DNA of 64,000 nt from Myxococcota bacterium (GCA_963676915.2 CAXXVK010000043.1:64001-128000); one strand, 5' to 3'. Positions 30,201 to 41,921 are shown, counted from the stretch's first letter. Translations and numbers: made by a program. The notes: generated by a model not told the origin, from the sequence alone.

Positions 30201-33200
30201 GCGGATGAACGTGTCAACTATCCCGTCTTGCGCACCAACGGTGCGAATGGACAGCTAGCCACCGAAAAGGGTGATCGCCAGCGGGTCACACTTAGCCTCG
30301 TGGATGCCAATGGCTCCCAGGATATCGAAAAAGTTCAGATCAAGATCGGTACCGGCATCGATTGTATCGGTGATACCTGTTCGGTGGAGAATCCTCGCGG
30401 TTGGTTCGTTTGGGAACGCAACCCCGAACCGCCTACCGTCGGATGCAGCGCGCCGCAGCCGTTCCACGAAGCGGTCAGCGTCGATGCGATGAACGGATGT
30501 GCCGAGACGCCACTGAGTGGCAACCAATTGGTAGAGTTGATCGAAGAAGAATGCTTCGTAGAGGACAACGATTCCATCCTGGACATGCGTTTCACCTGGG
30601 TTCTCGACGGAAGCTATGGAGACGTGCAGGACAACAAGATCTATTTATGGTTCATAGACTCTCAGGGGAACAAGATCAGCTGGGCCACTCCTGAGAACCA
30701 GCATGACGATGCCCTGACGGAACGTTTCCATGTCTCGACCAGACCGTATGAACCGGCTGCTTTGAGCGCGGACAAAATGTGGACCAACTGGCAGTTGCTG
30801 GGTGAAAAGAACAATCTTTACAATCAGCATATCGGTCAGTCGGTGTTCCAGCCTACGGCTTTGAGCTTGAGCGATTTGAACATTAAAGCCCAGGACAACA
30901 TTTTCGACAACGGTGACCAGGTTGAGTTCAAGTTCTACTTTGCCAAGTTACCGACGGAAACCTGGGGTTACTACGAAGACCTTGCCGAATTGAACTGCAC
31001 GGATTACCCGACGGTTCACGAAACCGACTGGGTGCCTGCTGCCAAGACATATTTCGGCGTTTCCTGTCATTCGGACGCTGATTGTGCGACGGGAGCGACC
31101 TGCAATGTCGAGGATACGAGTGCTTGTATCGGCGGTGATTCCTGCTACGACAACAGTTCGTGTATAGGAAGTGCGTCGGCTTCGGCTTGCGAAGACACCA
31201 GCCGCTGCGTGGGTGAAAACGTTTGTACGGAGAACGACGATTGCGACGTGGACAACGGATACTATTGCGATACTGGAATCAATCGCTGCGTTGGTGAACA
31301 TAAATGTAGCAAAACCAGTACGGACATCTGCCCGCCGGCGTTCTTCTGCGAAGTATCGGATGACTGCTCGCTTCCGGGATATTCCTGCAACCTCGACACG
31401 TTACGATGCGAAGGGTTCCGCCAGTGCAGCGGTCTGGAACCGGACTGTCCTGAAAACTACAACTGCATTGTCGAGCAAAACTGCCCCGAAGCCGGGTACC
31501 TGTGTGACAACGAGTTGGGCAAGTGCGTGGGTGTTGGCGAGTGCAGCGTATCCGATCCAAGTTGTCCCGAAAATTATTATTGCGAAGTCAGCGAGGGTGG
31601 CACCTGCTCGGGTGGTTGTCACGAAAGTAGCGACTGCCCCGGCAATTACGATTGCAGCGTGCAGGACACCAGCGCTTGTTGGGGCGGACCGATCTGCGAA
31701 GATTTGAGCGTTTGCGTCCAGGAAGCGGCCAGCGGCGTTTGCAGTACCGATATCGATTGTGAAAACCAGTTCGGTGCTGGATACGGCTGCGATATCGTGG
31801 TGTCCCACTGCGTAGGTTCCAACCAATGTAGTATCGCCGATCCGAGTTCTTGTCCCTCGGGATACAATTGTGTGACCGATGAGGAACAAAGTTACTGCCT
31901 AGGTGATGCGGACGGTCTGGTTTGCGCTACAGACGGTAATTGCCCTGAGGATTACTACTGTGATACCGCAGCTTCACGTTGCCGTGGCGATGGCGAGTGC
32001 AGTCATGGGGACACGAGTTGTCCCAATGGTTATCATTGCGAATTGGGCGCGGATACGAGCACCTGCATTGGGCCGTCGATCGTGGACGGTTGTCAGGTCG
32101 ATTCCGATTGTGGCGCTGGATTCGAATGCGTCATCGATCTGTCCCGCTGCCTTGGCGAAGGGATGTGTTCGGCGGACGATACGACCTGTCCCACGGACTT
32201 CGAATGCGAACTCAATTTCGAAACGCGGGCTTGTGTGGGTGGAACGTGTTCGACGAACAGCGAATGTACGACGAACTATGGAGAAGGCTACTACTGCGAC
32301 CTGCTTTCCTCGCGTTGTGTGGGTGAAGGTATGTGCAGCTCGGATTCTCCCGATATCTGCCCGACGGGTCTTACCTGTGATGTGGATCTCTGCCCCGAGG
32401 GATATCGTTGCGGTCAAAGCGAATGTCTGGGTGTCGGACAATGCAGCGCGGCCAGTCCTACCTGTCCCTCGGGATACAATTGCGAGATCAAGCCGACCTG
32501 CGTTGGCGGATCGTGCACGGAACACGCGGATTGTCCGTCCGGATACTCCTGCGATCGGACATCCGGCCAGTGTATTTCCGCCTATGCCTGCTCCTCGGCC
32601 AATCCGACTTGTGCCGAGGCGGGCTATGCTTGCGAATTCCTGGGAACCTGCCGTGGCGGAGATGGATGCGTGGATGATTCCGAGTGCCATGATGGAAATT
32701 ACTTCTGTAACCCACGGCGTTGTATCGGTGACAATCAATGCAGCAACGATGAGCGGACCTGTCCCGAAGGCTATGTCTGCGACGTAAGCGATCCGGGACA
32801 GTGCATCGTTACCGAACTGACGCTTGTTTGGTCCTGTGTCCAGGATACGTCCGGTTGCTCATCCGATGTCGATTGTATCAATACCTACGGTGCAGGGTAC
32901 TCTTGTGACAGTCAGGGATACTGTGTCGGAATGGACAAGTGTTCCTCTTCCAACCAGATCTGTCCGAGTGGCTTTACCTGCACGCCGCCGGTATCGATCG
33001 ACAAGAACGACCTCACCGGATGGACCAACGATTACAAAGAGAAAGACGGTTTCTACTGCTACTACGCGCGGGCGCGTGATCAGCACGTATATGTGCCCGG
33101 CGAGAAGCGAAATACCTGCCTGGACGACACTCCGCCTTCACCTTGCGGCTATTGCCAGACCGACGACGATTGCGGTTCCGGAGAAGCTTGCAAGCTTGTG

Positions 33201-36170
33201 CGGGAAAGCACGAAGGATGGTGCACAGGAGATGATGCAATGTCTGACCGAATGCGAACTCAGCCGTTGTGTCGGGGAGAGCGAAGCCGGTGGTTGCAAGA
33301 CCGATCTCGATTGCTCCACGACCGTCGGAGCGGGCTACGAATGCATCGTGGATCGTGCGCATTGTGTCGGTCCAGGTCAATGTACGGTCAACGATCCGAC
33401 GACCTGTCCCACCGGCTTCCAGTGCGAGGGTCAATTCAGTTGTGTCGGTGGCAGTTGCAATGTCGATGGTGACTGCGAAACGGCATCTGGTTACTATTGC
33501 AATACCACCACGCACCAATGCGTCGGAGAAAACCTGTGCAGCGACACCAATCCAAGCTGTTCGATTGCCGGGTATACTTGCGAAGATACCAGCGTATGCA
33601 TGGGACCATCGGAGGCATCGTCATGCTCGACGGATACCGATTGCGGCGATGGCTATTACTGTGAAGTCGAGAACTCTCACTGCGAGGGAGCCGGTCAGTG
33701 CAGCGCGAGCGTGCAGTACACCTGCCCGGCAAACTATCGTTGCGATTTGAGTGTTTGCTCCAACGATGGCGAATACGATTCGATCTGCGATCCGGTCGAG
33801 CGGGTTTGTGTCCGTCCAGGAACCACCACGACCGGCGAAATTCACCAGTACCAGTTCACGCGTTGGGAAACCGATGTTTCGGTCTGCAACTTCAGCGGAA
33901 CCGAACGTCCATGTCAGAGTCATCAGGTTTTCGGTGTAGATATGACTCCGCCGACGATGGATGAAGACAAACTATGGGTGTTGGATTCTCTGCTGCCGGA
34001 ATGGTGGTACAGTTCATCGACCACTCAGACGCAGAAAGACGCCTGGCTGGAGCAGCACGATGCACCGGAAGAAGAGTGGATCGGTACTAGCAAGTTCTTC
34101 TTCTACTGGGAAGATGCCATCGATCTGCATCCCAAGACGGGAACCGCCGATTCTGCATCCAGACTACCGGCTACGGGTGATATTTATTACTACTCGCTCA
34201 CACCGGTTTATGACTTCCCGGATGATAGTATAGAAAATCCGGTGCTGAATCCGGTGCCGCTTCCGGCTTTCAAACAGTGCGAAAATTCCGATCTCTCGAC
34301 TCAGAGACTGGGTGCGGGAACGCGGTATCCGTATTTCGATGCCATTAACAGCGACTACTTCCGCAAAACGTCGGATTCGCCGCAGCCTGATGAAGACTGT
34401 TCGGTGCCTCGTTACGGTCGTCATCGCTTCTGCGTGCAGGCCAAGGACGCGGCGGGTAACTTCTCCAATGTGATCTGTCGTGAATTCTGGGTGGATCGTG
34501 CAGCTACCTCTTTCGAGCTTCCCGAAGCCGAATCGGAGACGCATAGTCACAGCCTCGAATGCGAAGCCGATCAGATTGGCAGCGGTAGCGGCAGCGGAAA
34601 TGCTAACGATTTCGCTCACGAGCCACTGTTCAGTCTTGATCTCGGCAGCTTGACGGGTGTCGATGATGAAGGTGAAAACCCCGGACCGAGAGCCATTTCC
34701 TTTACCGTGACGGATGGTACTTTCGGTCCTGAAGTCGGTGTGCCGGATAAGATTCCTGAAGACACCGCCGTGGTGGACAATCCCCACAGGCAGGATACGG
34801 ACGATGACGAGAGCGTTACGTACATCGAATACGTCAACGAAAACGGGGACGACCAGGAGCCGTACAAACTGTGTACGGAAACCTTCTGTATCGACTCCAA
34901 CTTCCGAACCGGTCATAGTCCGCTGGATTCGGCCTATCCGTGGGTATTCAACTACGTGTATGTTGCCGATTCCGGTCAGGAAAACGGATTCTGGAAGGAA
35001 ATTCGCTACTTCATCAAACGTGGCAGCACGTTCGACGAAGATGGCAACATTACGCAGGGCAACGGCGAATTGGTCAACGGAACATTCTACTTCACCTATC
35101 GTTTGCAGACGCAGGCGGGCTTGTGGACGCCAAATGCGTACACGTACATGATCCAGGTTTGTCGTTGTACCAAGGAATGCGACGAAGACCGCATGATGCC
35201 TGTCAGCACGATGCACATGTTCGAGGGTGGAGAGATGCTGCTCGATGGTTCGACGTTTGGACTCGGTTCCTCCAGTGATAGTCAGACCATCGAAGTCGAT
35301 CCATTCTGGATGGACCGCACCGAGGTTACCAACGTGCAGTATGCTTCGTGTGTCAGCCAGGGAGTTTGTCCTCCGTTGGGAGAAGGCGAAGCCTTCGATT
35401 CCGCGACGCGCAAAGACTACTACTTCGATCAGGATTACCAATCCTATCCGGTGCTCAATGTTTCGTGGGATGGTGCTCAATCCTATTGCAAGTGGGTCGG
35501 ACGACGGCTGCCTACCGAGGTCGAATGGGCCTGGGCGGCTCGAAATTCGATCTCCAACGGGAAGTACTACGATCTTTCCTGGTCCACCTCCAACCCGCTG
35601 TACAAGCTTGGTGACACGGTGGATGTCGAGAAAAACATCGGCTTGAAACCGGCATCGGAGACGTCCGTAGTCAACATGTTCAGCAACGTATCCGAGTGGA
35701 CGGGCGACTGGTATACCTCCGCCGAGCAACGTTTGCAGTACGGCAAAGAGGCCCCGACATCGCCCGAAGCCTGCATCGCGACGTGCAAGGAACAGGTGGA
35801 CATTACCGTGAATCGCATTTCCGATGGAATGGTTCAGGACGAACGGGATAGGAACGATCTGAAGTCTTTCCGTCTGGAAGAGTACAATACCTGCGAGAGC
35901 ACCTGTCAGTGGAAGGTTGTGCGTGGCGCGAGTTACGCCGATGAGGAAATGTCGCTTGGCTGGCGTTCCGGCTTCCTGCCTTCCGAAGGTGATCTGGCCA
36001 TCGGCTTCCGTTGCGCCAAACCGTATGTAGGTGGTGAGGAAAACAGCGATGAGGACGAAACCAAGTCGACGTCCGAAACTCTGCTGGACAGCCTGGAGAA
36101 AACCCGGCAGACGACCATCGTAACGCCGCAGCAGGTGGAAGCTGTCGATGGACGGTTGGGCTTGAAGTAA
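21221..36170 (+). CDS. Giant (~4,980 aa) secreted multidomain Cys-rich protein with C-terminal FGE-sulfatase/C-type-lectin-fold domain; +1 frameshift at or near G8 (21569-21576)
   Basis: Signal peptide 'MKALTTSKNIFLFTLAVMLCCIGWVQPAWG' lies in the short ORF ending 21610, while the Gly-rich region continues in the 21534-36170 frame. C-terminal motifs: 'FWMDRTEVTN.QY', 'PVLNVSWDGAQSYC', 'RRLPTEVEW', 'NVSEW', 'VVRGAS', 'IGFRCA'. Confidence 0.85.
31065..33815 (+). repeat. Coding tandem array of ~40-50 aa Cys-rich units (C.GG.C...DC..GY.CD....RCVG.G.CS...P.CP.GY.C), roughly 15-20 copies
   Basis: Visible in the translation; diverged at DNA level; interrupted at ~32985-33110 by non-repeat beta-strands. 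Confidence 0.85.
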
Positions 36171-36180
36171 CATTCGTTCT

Positions 36181-36207
36181 CCGGGAGAGGAGTCAATCCT
36201 CTCCCGG
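36181..36207 (+). other. Intercistronic 11-bp stem-loop without U-tract
   Basis: CCGGGAGAGGA-GTCAA-TCCTCTCCCGG just after the giant gene stop. Confidence 0.65.
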
Positions 36208-36310
36208 ATTCGATGATTCATGATGGGTGAAGAAATTTCCCGCGAAAGTGTCGGTTCCCTCAACGGGCCATAGAAAATCGGAGCAGACCGGTATGCAAGG
36301 AACGAACGAA

Positions 36311-38515
36311 ATGACCAAAATCGAGACCAATCGTTTCCCCTTTCGGATGCAATCCTGTGTCACGATCTTCCTTTCGGCTTGTTGGCTTCTGGTAACGGCT
36401 TGTAGCAGCGGAGGTGGTTCGCAAAGCGTCGCCGACCAGGATGAAGACCGTAGGGTAGATTTCGAGCCGATTGAGATCGACATCGATCGAGGGGACGAAG
36501 TAGAGGAAACCGACGATGATTTACCAGACGTCGACCTGGATCAAGACGGTGATGAGGAAAGCGATGGGATTTTGCCCGATATCGATTACGATGTTTGGGA
36601 TGAACGCGAAGAACAAGATGCCCCGGATTGGGATAAAATTGAACCCCCGGAAGTTGATGATACAATTTGTGTGACCAACGATGAATGCTCGGACGGGCAA
36701 TACTGCGAAGATGGTAGATGTTACGACTATCCCGCCGATGGTGACGAGCCGGAAGAAGAGGAGGAAGACGGAATCGGTTGCGAAAACGACGATGAAGCCT
36801 GCTTGCTTTGCGGTGTAGGTAGTTCGTTTTGCGAGAAAAACAACGATTGCCCCGCCCGGATGTATTGCGACATCGGGATAGATTACGGTTGCTGTCGTCC
36901 AGGTCCTTGTTACGACGATGGGCAGGATTACTGTGACGAGCAATACCCGGACGATGATCTTTGTTGTCTCGATCTCAATGGCCAATGTGGTCTTTGTTCT
37001 ACGGGAGATGAGGAAATGGTGTTCCATTGTCTGACATCTCAGGATTGCCTCGATCATTTCGGTGGCGGTCCCTGGTGGTGCGATGGCGATACCTTGGAGT
37101 GCATGCCGAGCGAATGCTCCGACAGCAGCGATTGTCCGAACGGTCCTTGCCTGCTCGGAGTTTGTTACGACAACAGCGAAATCGAGACGAACGACCGGGG
37201 TGCGATTCGTGGCAAAGCCTACTATGTCGAGCAAACCTGGGCTGGAAGGGGAGATGTGATCTTCGAGTTGCGCGATGCTTACGAGATCGAAAATGCCGAA
37301 CTCGTGTTGCAGGATGAATTCCCCACCGAAAGCGACGAAACCGATTATACGCTCGAATACTATTTCAACGATCTTCCAGAAGGCGTGTACTATGTGAAAG
37401 TCTATTCCAACGGTTTGGAAGGAGAATATGCTTTCAACCCGATTTCGGTGGATTATTCTTCCTCCGAAACAACGGTTTATACCGATATCGATTTCTACGT
37501 AGGAGCGACGCCGCCCTACAGTCCCACATTGAAGGGGGAACTTCATGTTGCTCCCGAGCTTGCCAATGCACAAATCGAGTTGGACGCCAGTTTCGGAAAA
37601 CCGTTCCCCGATCCAAGTGTGGATGATTCCGATTTCGATATCATTGCTATCGATTTGGGAGAGTACAACGAGGAAACCGGTACGATTCCCTTCGAGCAGG
37701 ACGAACTCGACCCTGGGCGTTACTATCTGCGAGCCTCCTATTTCGAGGAACAGCGTCGCATATCGGACTATCTGTCCTCCCCGGTGACTTTGGACGAAGA
37801 AAATCCCACAGTGGACGATATCGTGCTCTATGTCGGTATCGAAGAGGAAGCTCTGGGGTCGATTCAGGGAACCGTGGTGACCGCCCCGGAATTCGACCTG
37901 TATGGCGTAGAAGTCTTTTTCTACAACAGTCCTAGTTACGAAGAAGTTCTCGCTTCGGTTTGGGCCGAACAGACTGCAAGCGGCGATACACCGACGTTTG
38001 CTTTTGAAGTGGTCAATCTCGAAAGCGGGACGTATTACCCTCGTGCCTATGTCAATCGATACCAGCGCTTCGAGCGGACCGCCCAAACGATAGGAGAACC
38101 GCAACCCCTCGTTATCGATCTCGATCAGGGGACAAGCCAGTTGACAGGGGTGGAAATGTTCTCGATGGTGCCTCTCGACGGGTACGGTTCCATCCGTGGA
38201 ACGTTTACGTATGAGTACACGCAGTTCCGCAATGATCCGTTTAGAATCGAAGTAGCCTCAGATGCTTCGTTTACCCAGATGGTGACCGTCGAAGGACCGA
38301 TGCAAGTGTCGTCGTCTCCGAAGCAGGTGAGCTATTTCATTCCTCGACTCACCAGCGGGGATTATTACCTGCGCTTCTCGGTCGACCACGACGGTTCGTA
38401 CTGCGGTCTTTACACGCGGACGGTTCCTGTCACAATAGATGCCGCGAATGCTACGGAAAAGGATGTAACCCTGCCGGGCGTTGCCCTTCAGGAGGATTTC
38501 TGCGACTCGCTGTAG
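36311..38515 (+). CDS. Lipoprotein: acidic linker, Cys-rich modules, about four carboxypeptidase-regulatory/Ig-like domains
   Basis: Lipobox 'LVTAC'; repeats of 'G.I.G....L..G.YY...' four times. Start uncertain (36311 or 36347). Confidence 0.8.
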   Translation: MTKIETNRFPFRMQSCVTIFLSACWLLVTACSSGGGSQSVADQDEDRRVDFEPIEIDIDRGDEVEETDDDLPDVDLDQDGDEESDGILPDIDYDVWDEREEQDAPDWDKIEPPEVDDTICVTNDECSDGQYCEDGRCYDYPADGDEPEEEEEDGIGCENDDEACLLCGVGSSFCEKNNDCPARMYCDIGIDYGCCRPGPCYDDGQDYCDEQYPDDDLCCLDLNGQCGLCSTGDEEMVFHCLTSQDCLDHFGGGPWWCDGDTLECMPSECSDSSDCPNGPCLLGVCYDNSEIETNDRGAIRGKAYYVEQTWAGRGDVIFELRDAYEIENAELVLQDEFPTESDETDYTLEYYFNDLPEGVYYVKVYSNGLEGEYAFNPISVDYSSSETTVYTDIDFYVGATPPYSPTLKGELHVAPELANAQIELDASFGKPFPDPSVDDSDFDIIAIDLGEYNEETGTIPFEQDELDPGRYYLRASYFEEQRRISDYLSSPVTLDEENPTVDDIVLYVGIEEEALGSIQGTVVTAPEFDLYGVEVFFYNSPSYEEVLASVWAEQTASGDTPTFAFEVVNLESGTYYPRAYVNRYQRFERTAQTIGEPQPLVIDLDQGTSQLTGVEMFSMVPLDGYGSIRGTFTYEYTQFRNDPFRIEVASDASFTQMVTVEGPMQVSSSPKQVSYFIPRLTSGDYYLRFSVDHDGSYCGLYTRTVPVTIDAANATEKDVTLPGVALQEDFCDSL

Positions 38516-38541
38516 AATAGGTATATCCCAGTCTAAAAATG

Positions 38542-38581
38542 AAATGCCGGGTCGATAGTTTGACCCGGCATTTTTGTTTTT
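38542..38581 (+). terminator. Rho-independent terminator
   Basis: AAATGCCGGGTC/GACCCGGCATTT stem followed by a T-tract. Confidence 0.85.
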
Positions 38582-38636
38582 ACTGGAGTGGAAACCCACT
38601 TGATACCATTTCGCGATCAAGTATCGAAAGCATCTT

Positions 38637-38663
38637 GTAGGTCGGGCAAATTTCTTGCCCGAC
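38637..38663 (+). repeat. Single GTAG-type REP-like palindrome
   Basis: GTAG followed by GTCGGGCAA-ATTTC-TTGCCCGAC. Confidence 0.5.
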
Positions 38664-38698
38664 TATGCCACTGAAGGCGAAAGGGTATGAAGTCGTTT

Positions 38699-39913
38699 TT
38701 ACGGATCGGGAACGTCATCCATGAAAGCAGTGAATTCCAGCCAACTACCGGCTGTGTTGACTTCTGCTGTTACGTCTTCGCAGGTTGCATCTTCCGGCAT
38801 TCGAAGCATACGCAGGTAGGTGCGTTCATGTTCCGGGTGCAGTTCGGATTCGATGTCGTACACCATCGAAGCTGAGCTGGCATCGAGTTGATATTGCAGG
38901 TTTGTATGGTCCACAAGTCCTTCGATGTGGTCGTTGTCGAGGATTGTTCCGGCAAAAATGGTTCCCCATCGTTGATCGTGATAAACTTCCTGATTTTCCA
39001 GCGCACCGATTCCTAGCACGGTCATTCCGGGTTTTCCATCGCCATCCTGGTCGGTGATAAGGCAGTCCGAAGAATCTTTTTTCTCATCCCAGGGTTTGCA
39101 ATACGTTTCGTAATGTTGGCGGTCCGGCAGGTCGGATTCTATGTGGTCTTCGACTTTCGCGCCACGTACTTCATAAAACCAGTCCGTTTCGAATGAGGCG
39201 CCGACTTCGAAGGCTTCGGGGTTGGAGACCCGATGTTCCAGTGTTGCCACGCTGTTGTAATACTGTGGCGAAATCACCAATTGCCCCAGATCCTCACCGA
39301 TGTCGTAAACTTTTTCCTCGTCGAAATTGTGCATCTGCATATAGCACATTTTCGAATGGATCACGAGGTCATCACCCTCTTTGCTCAGGCGCATCAGCAG
39401 GTGGTGTACTGTCACGGAATCCTGATAAGGACGCAACGGGATACCTATAGTGCGGGAACCGGTAGTGAAGATGCCTCCCCAAATCCCGTAATAATCGTCG
39501 GTGGTGGCTTCCGCATCGCCGTAGTCTACCGAGCCGAGATCCTCGCAACTTCCTTCCTCCCGACAGGCAAGATTCCATCCTTGGGTAATGCAATCACGGT
39601 TCCCACAGGAGGACATGTAACCGTATGCCTTGCATTCTTCGGCACTGCGATAGGTGCACGATAGCTCTACCTGCGGGTTTTCCGCGTCTTCGACGCATTG
39701 TGCTTCTTTGCAGATCAGATCGTCATCGGCACAATTTTGCGTGGTTGTCCACATTCCGGCAACATTGCAGATTTCAACTTTATCCCCATTGCAACGAACT
39801 TCGTCTGCCGTACAACCCGAGGATTCGTTTTCATCTCCGCCGTAATCTATTTGCAAGCATCCCGTAAAGACAAGGACGGTTCCCAACAATATCGACAAGA
39901 AGACTTTCGACAT
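38699..39913 (-). CDS. Hypothetical lipoprotein with N-terminal Cys-rich module
   Basis: 'MSKVFLSILLGTVLVFTGC' lipobox, 'RCNGDKVEIC..G.W....C', 'DQDGDGKPG' motif. Confidence 0.8.
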   Translation of the reverse strand: MSKVFLSILLGTVLVFTGCLQIDYGGDENESSGCTADEVRCNGDKVEICNVAGMWTTTQNCADDDLICKEAQCVEDAENPQVELSCTYRSAEECKAYGYMSSCGNRDCITQGWNLACREEGSCEDLGSVDYGDAEATTDDYYGIWGGIFTTGSRTIGIPLRPYQDSVTVHHLLMRLSKEGDDLVIHSKMCYMQMHNFDEEKVYDIGEDLGQLVISPQYYNSVATLEHRVSNPEAFEVGASFETDWFYEVRGAKVEDHIESDLPDRQHYETYCKPWDEKKDSSDCLITDQDGDGKPGMTVLGIGALENQEVYHDQRWGTIFAGTILDNDHIEGLVDHTNLQYQLDASSASMVYDIESELHPEHERTYLRMLRMPEDATCEDVTAEVNTAGSWLEFTAFMDDVPDP

Positions 39914-40093
39914 GAGCAGACCTCTATGCGTAGGAAACATTTGGAATGTCGCGAAGCTACACCGATTACCCAAAGTTGTCAATCTCGGTATTCATTATAT
40001 TCCGGGATCGAAACGAACATTTTCAGGCGCTGTGCTGAAAATGACGAATAGCCGTATGTTTTCATCTTGTTTTGAAATTTCTGGCGTTGCTAT

Positions 40094-41824
40094 TTACTTG
40101 AAACCTTCCAGTTTGAAATTGTCGATCAGGAAGATTTGCCCCGGAGCTTTGAGTTGCATTCTCAACCTAAGATCCTTTACGCCGCCAGCTTCTTCGAGGC
40201 GAACGCGGTAGTCCAAAGCATAGTTTTCGTAACGCTGTATCCGAAGGGTGGTGTTCCATTCTTTTCCACCGTCGGTACTGTACTGGATCACGGCCAGTCC
40301 CTCTTCGTCGTCCTGGAGGCTGTCGTAGTAGTAGTCCACGACGAGATCGACTTCCCGGTAGTCCGAGACATCCACAGGTACCGTTTCGAGCGTGAATTCC
40401 TCGCCTGTGCCGCCGTCTTCTTCGTACCAGGCGTAATCGACGTAGGCGAAATTCGTATTGTTTTCATAGCCATAGCGGTCGGTGGAGTCGGGTTTTCCTT
40501 TTCCTACACACCAGCCTCCGGCGGGGCAGTTGTCGGGAGCGACTTTCCAGGTTTGGGAATCGAACGTCCCGGAGTCGAAATTATCTTCCAACAATGTATC
40601 TCCGGTGGCGTGGGTCAGCGTCCAGCGGTCGAGGATTTCTCCTTCCGGGGTTTTCACCGTAGCCGTGACTCGTTTGTCATCCACTTCGAGGGTCATGTGG
40701 TGGAACACATAATGGGCGTAGGAAAACGTCATTTCGGAATTGATTTCATGGTCCAAAGAGGCTCCGCCCCCGCCGGTGATGATCTGGAATAGTCCGTTTT
40801 GGGTGTATCTTTCGTAATCGTGCGTATGCCCGGCGAAATAGGCGTCTACGCCTTTGTCACGCATCAAAGGAATTAGCGAGTCACGAAGCCGGACTTCGCC
40901 TTCGTAGCCTTCATGACCCCAACCTCGGCTCCAACCCGGATGATGAGAGAAGGCGAACAGCCATTCGGCGTTTTGAGCTTCGGGAGAATTCAGCATTTCC
41001 TCAACGATTTCCATCGTTTGAAAATGAATGGGTTTTTGAACATTGGTGTCGATCACAATGAAGTGCGCGTTGGCATAGGTGAATTGGAAGTAGTCTTCAT
41101 AAGAGGGATAACTGGAAAAACGATAGAAATATTCTGTGTCTTTCTCGTGATTGCCGATTGAAACGTAATAGGGATGGCTGTGGGCCAATTCACGGATCGG
41201 GTCGAAGTGCTCGGTCTGCCACTGGTCGTATTCGTCGCCTGAACCAACCAAGTCACCGACGTTGATCACGAAGTCCGGATCGTCTCGCAGAATGGCGGCA
41301 GCCGTCATTTCGTGGATGGTCGGCAGGCTCCGGGTATCTCCATAGACCGAAAACGTAAACGATACGTCGGGGTGGTCGGGTGCGGTGGTGAAATTGTAGA
41401 TCGGGCTTGCCAGACCGTCGGATACGACGCGGTATTGGTAGGTCGTCAGTGGCTCCAGGTTTTCGATGATTGCTTCATGGATGCCCAACTCCTCCCCGGC
41501 GTCGATATCCATACCGTAGAAGTTGACTTCTTCGATGCCCCATTCAATCCATGCCGTGGTTGAAGGGGATTCCGTCTGCCACATGACATGCATGGTGGAG
41601 TCTGTAAAGTGCTGAAGATACGGACCTTTCAGGGCTTCGAGTTCTCCCTGAGGTTCGGGCTGTCGCCATGTAGAAACAGGGGCCGCCTCTTCGTCGTTTT
41701 CCTGGACGAGTTCCGTATCTCTGTCGCCGTCGCCGGGAGTCGCTTCCGTATCCGAGTCCTCACAAGCGCTTAGATAAACACTACAAAGAATGCACAGTAC
41801 GAACCAGGGGAGAAAGCGTTGCAT
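40094..41824 (-). CDS. Purple-acid-phosphatase-type metallophosphoesterase lipoprotein with FN3-like and C-terminal beta-sandwich domains
   Basis: Lipobox 'LSAC', 'GPYLQ', 'YGDT', 'GDLV', 'GNHE', 'HHP', 'GHTH.YER'. Confidence 0.88.
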   Translation of the reverse strand: MQRFLPWFVLCILCSVYLSACEDSDTEATPGDGDRDTELVQENDEEAAPVSTWRQPEPQGELEALKGPYLQHFTDSTMHVMWQTESPSTTAWIEWGIEEVNFYGMDIDAGEELGIHEAIIENLEPLTTYQYRVVSDGLASPIYNFTTAPDHPDVSFTFSVYGDTRSLPTIHEMTAAAILRDDPDFVINVGDLVGSGDEYDQWQTEHFDPIRELAHSHPYYVSIGNHEKDTEYFYRFSSYPSYEDYFQFTYANAHFIVIDTNVQKPIHFQTMEIVEEMLNSPEAQNAEWLFAFSHHPGWSRGWGHEGYEGEVRLRDSLIPLMRDKGVDAYFAGHTHDYERYTQNGLFQIITGGGGASLDHEINSEMTFSYAHYVFHHMTLEVDDKRVTATVKTPEGEILDRWTLTHATGDTLLEDNFDSGTFDSQTWKVAPDNCPAGGWCVGKGKPDSTDRYGYENNTNFAYVDYAWYEEDGGTGEEFTLETVPVDVSDYREVDLVVDYYYDSLQDDEEGLAVIQYSTDGGKEWNTTLRIQRYENYALDYRVRLEEAGGVKDLRLRMQLKAPGQIFLIDNFKLEGFK

Positions 41825-41921
41825 GGTGTCGAGCCTTTCGTTACATGTCATCGTTCCAGGCTTTAACAAAAACCTAACAGAAAGGCAATCCCCCTTTGTC
41901 ATGGAAACGGAGAAAAGGCAT

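Noticed and set aside
35900-36030. Diversity-generating retroelement targeting the FGE or DUF1566 C-termini
   Set aside because: No reverse transcriptase, avd or adenine-mismatched template repeat seen in the window. A remote DGR cannot be excluded.
35190-36030. Active formylglycine-generating enzyme
   Set aside because: The catalytic Cys pair normally following RGGS is absent ('RGASYADEEMSLGWRSG'), so I treat it as a binding domain.
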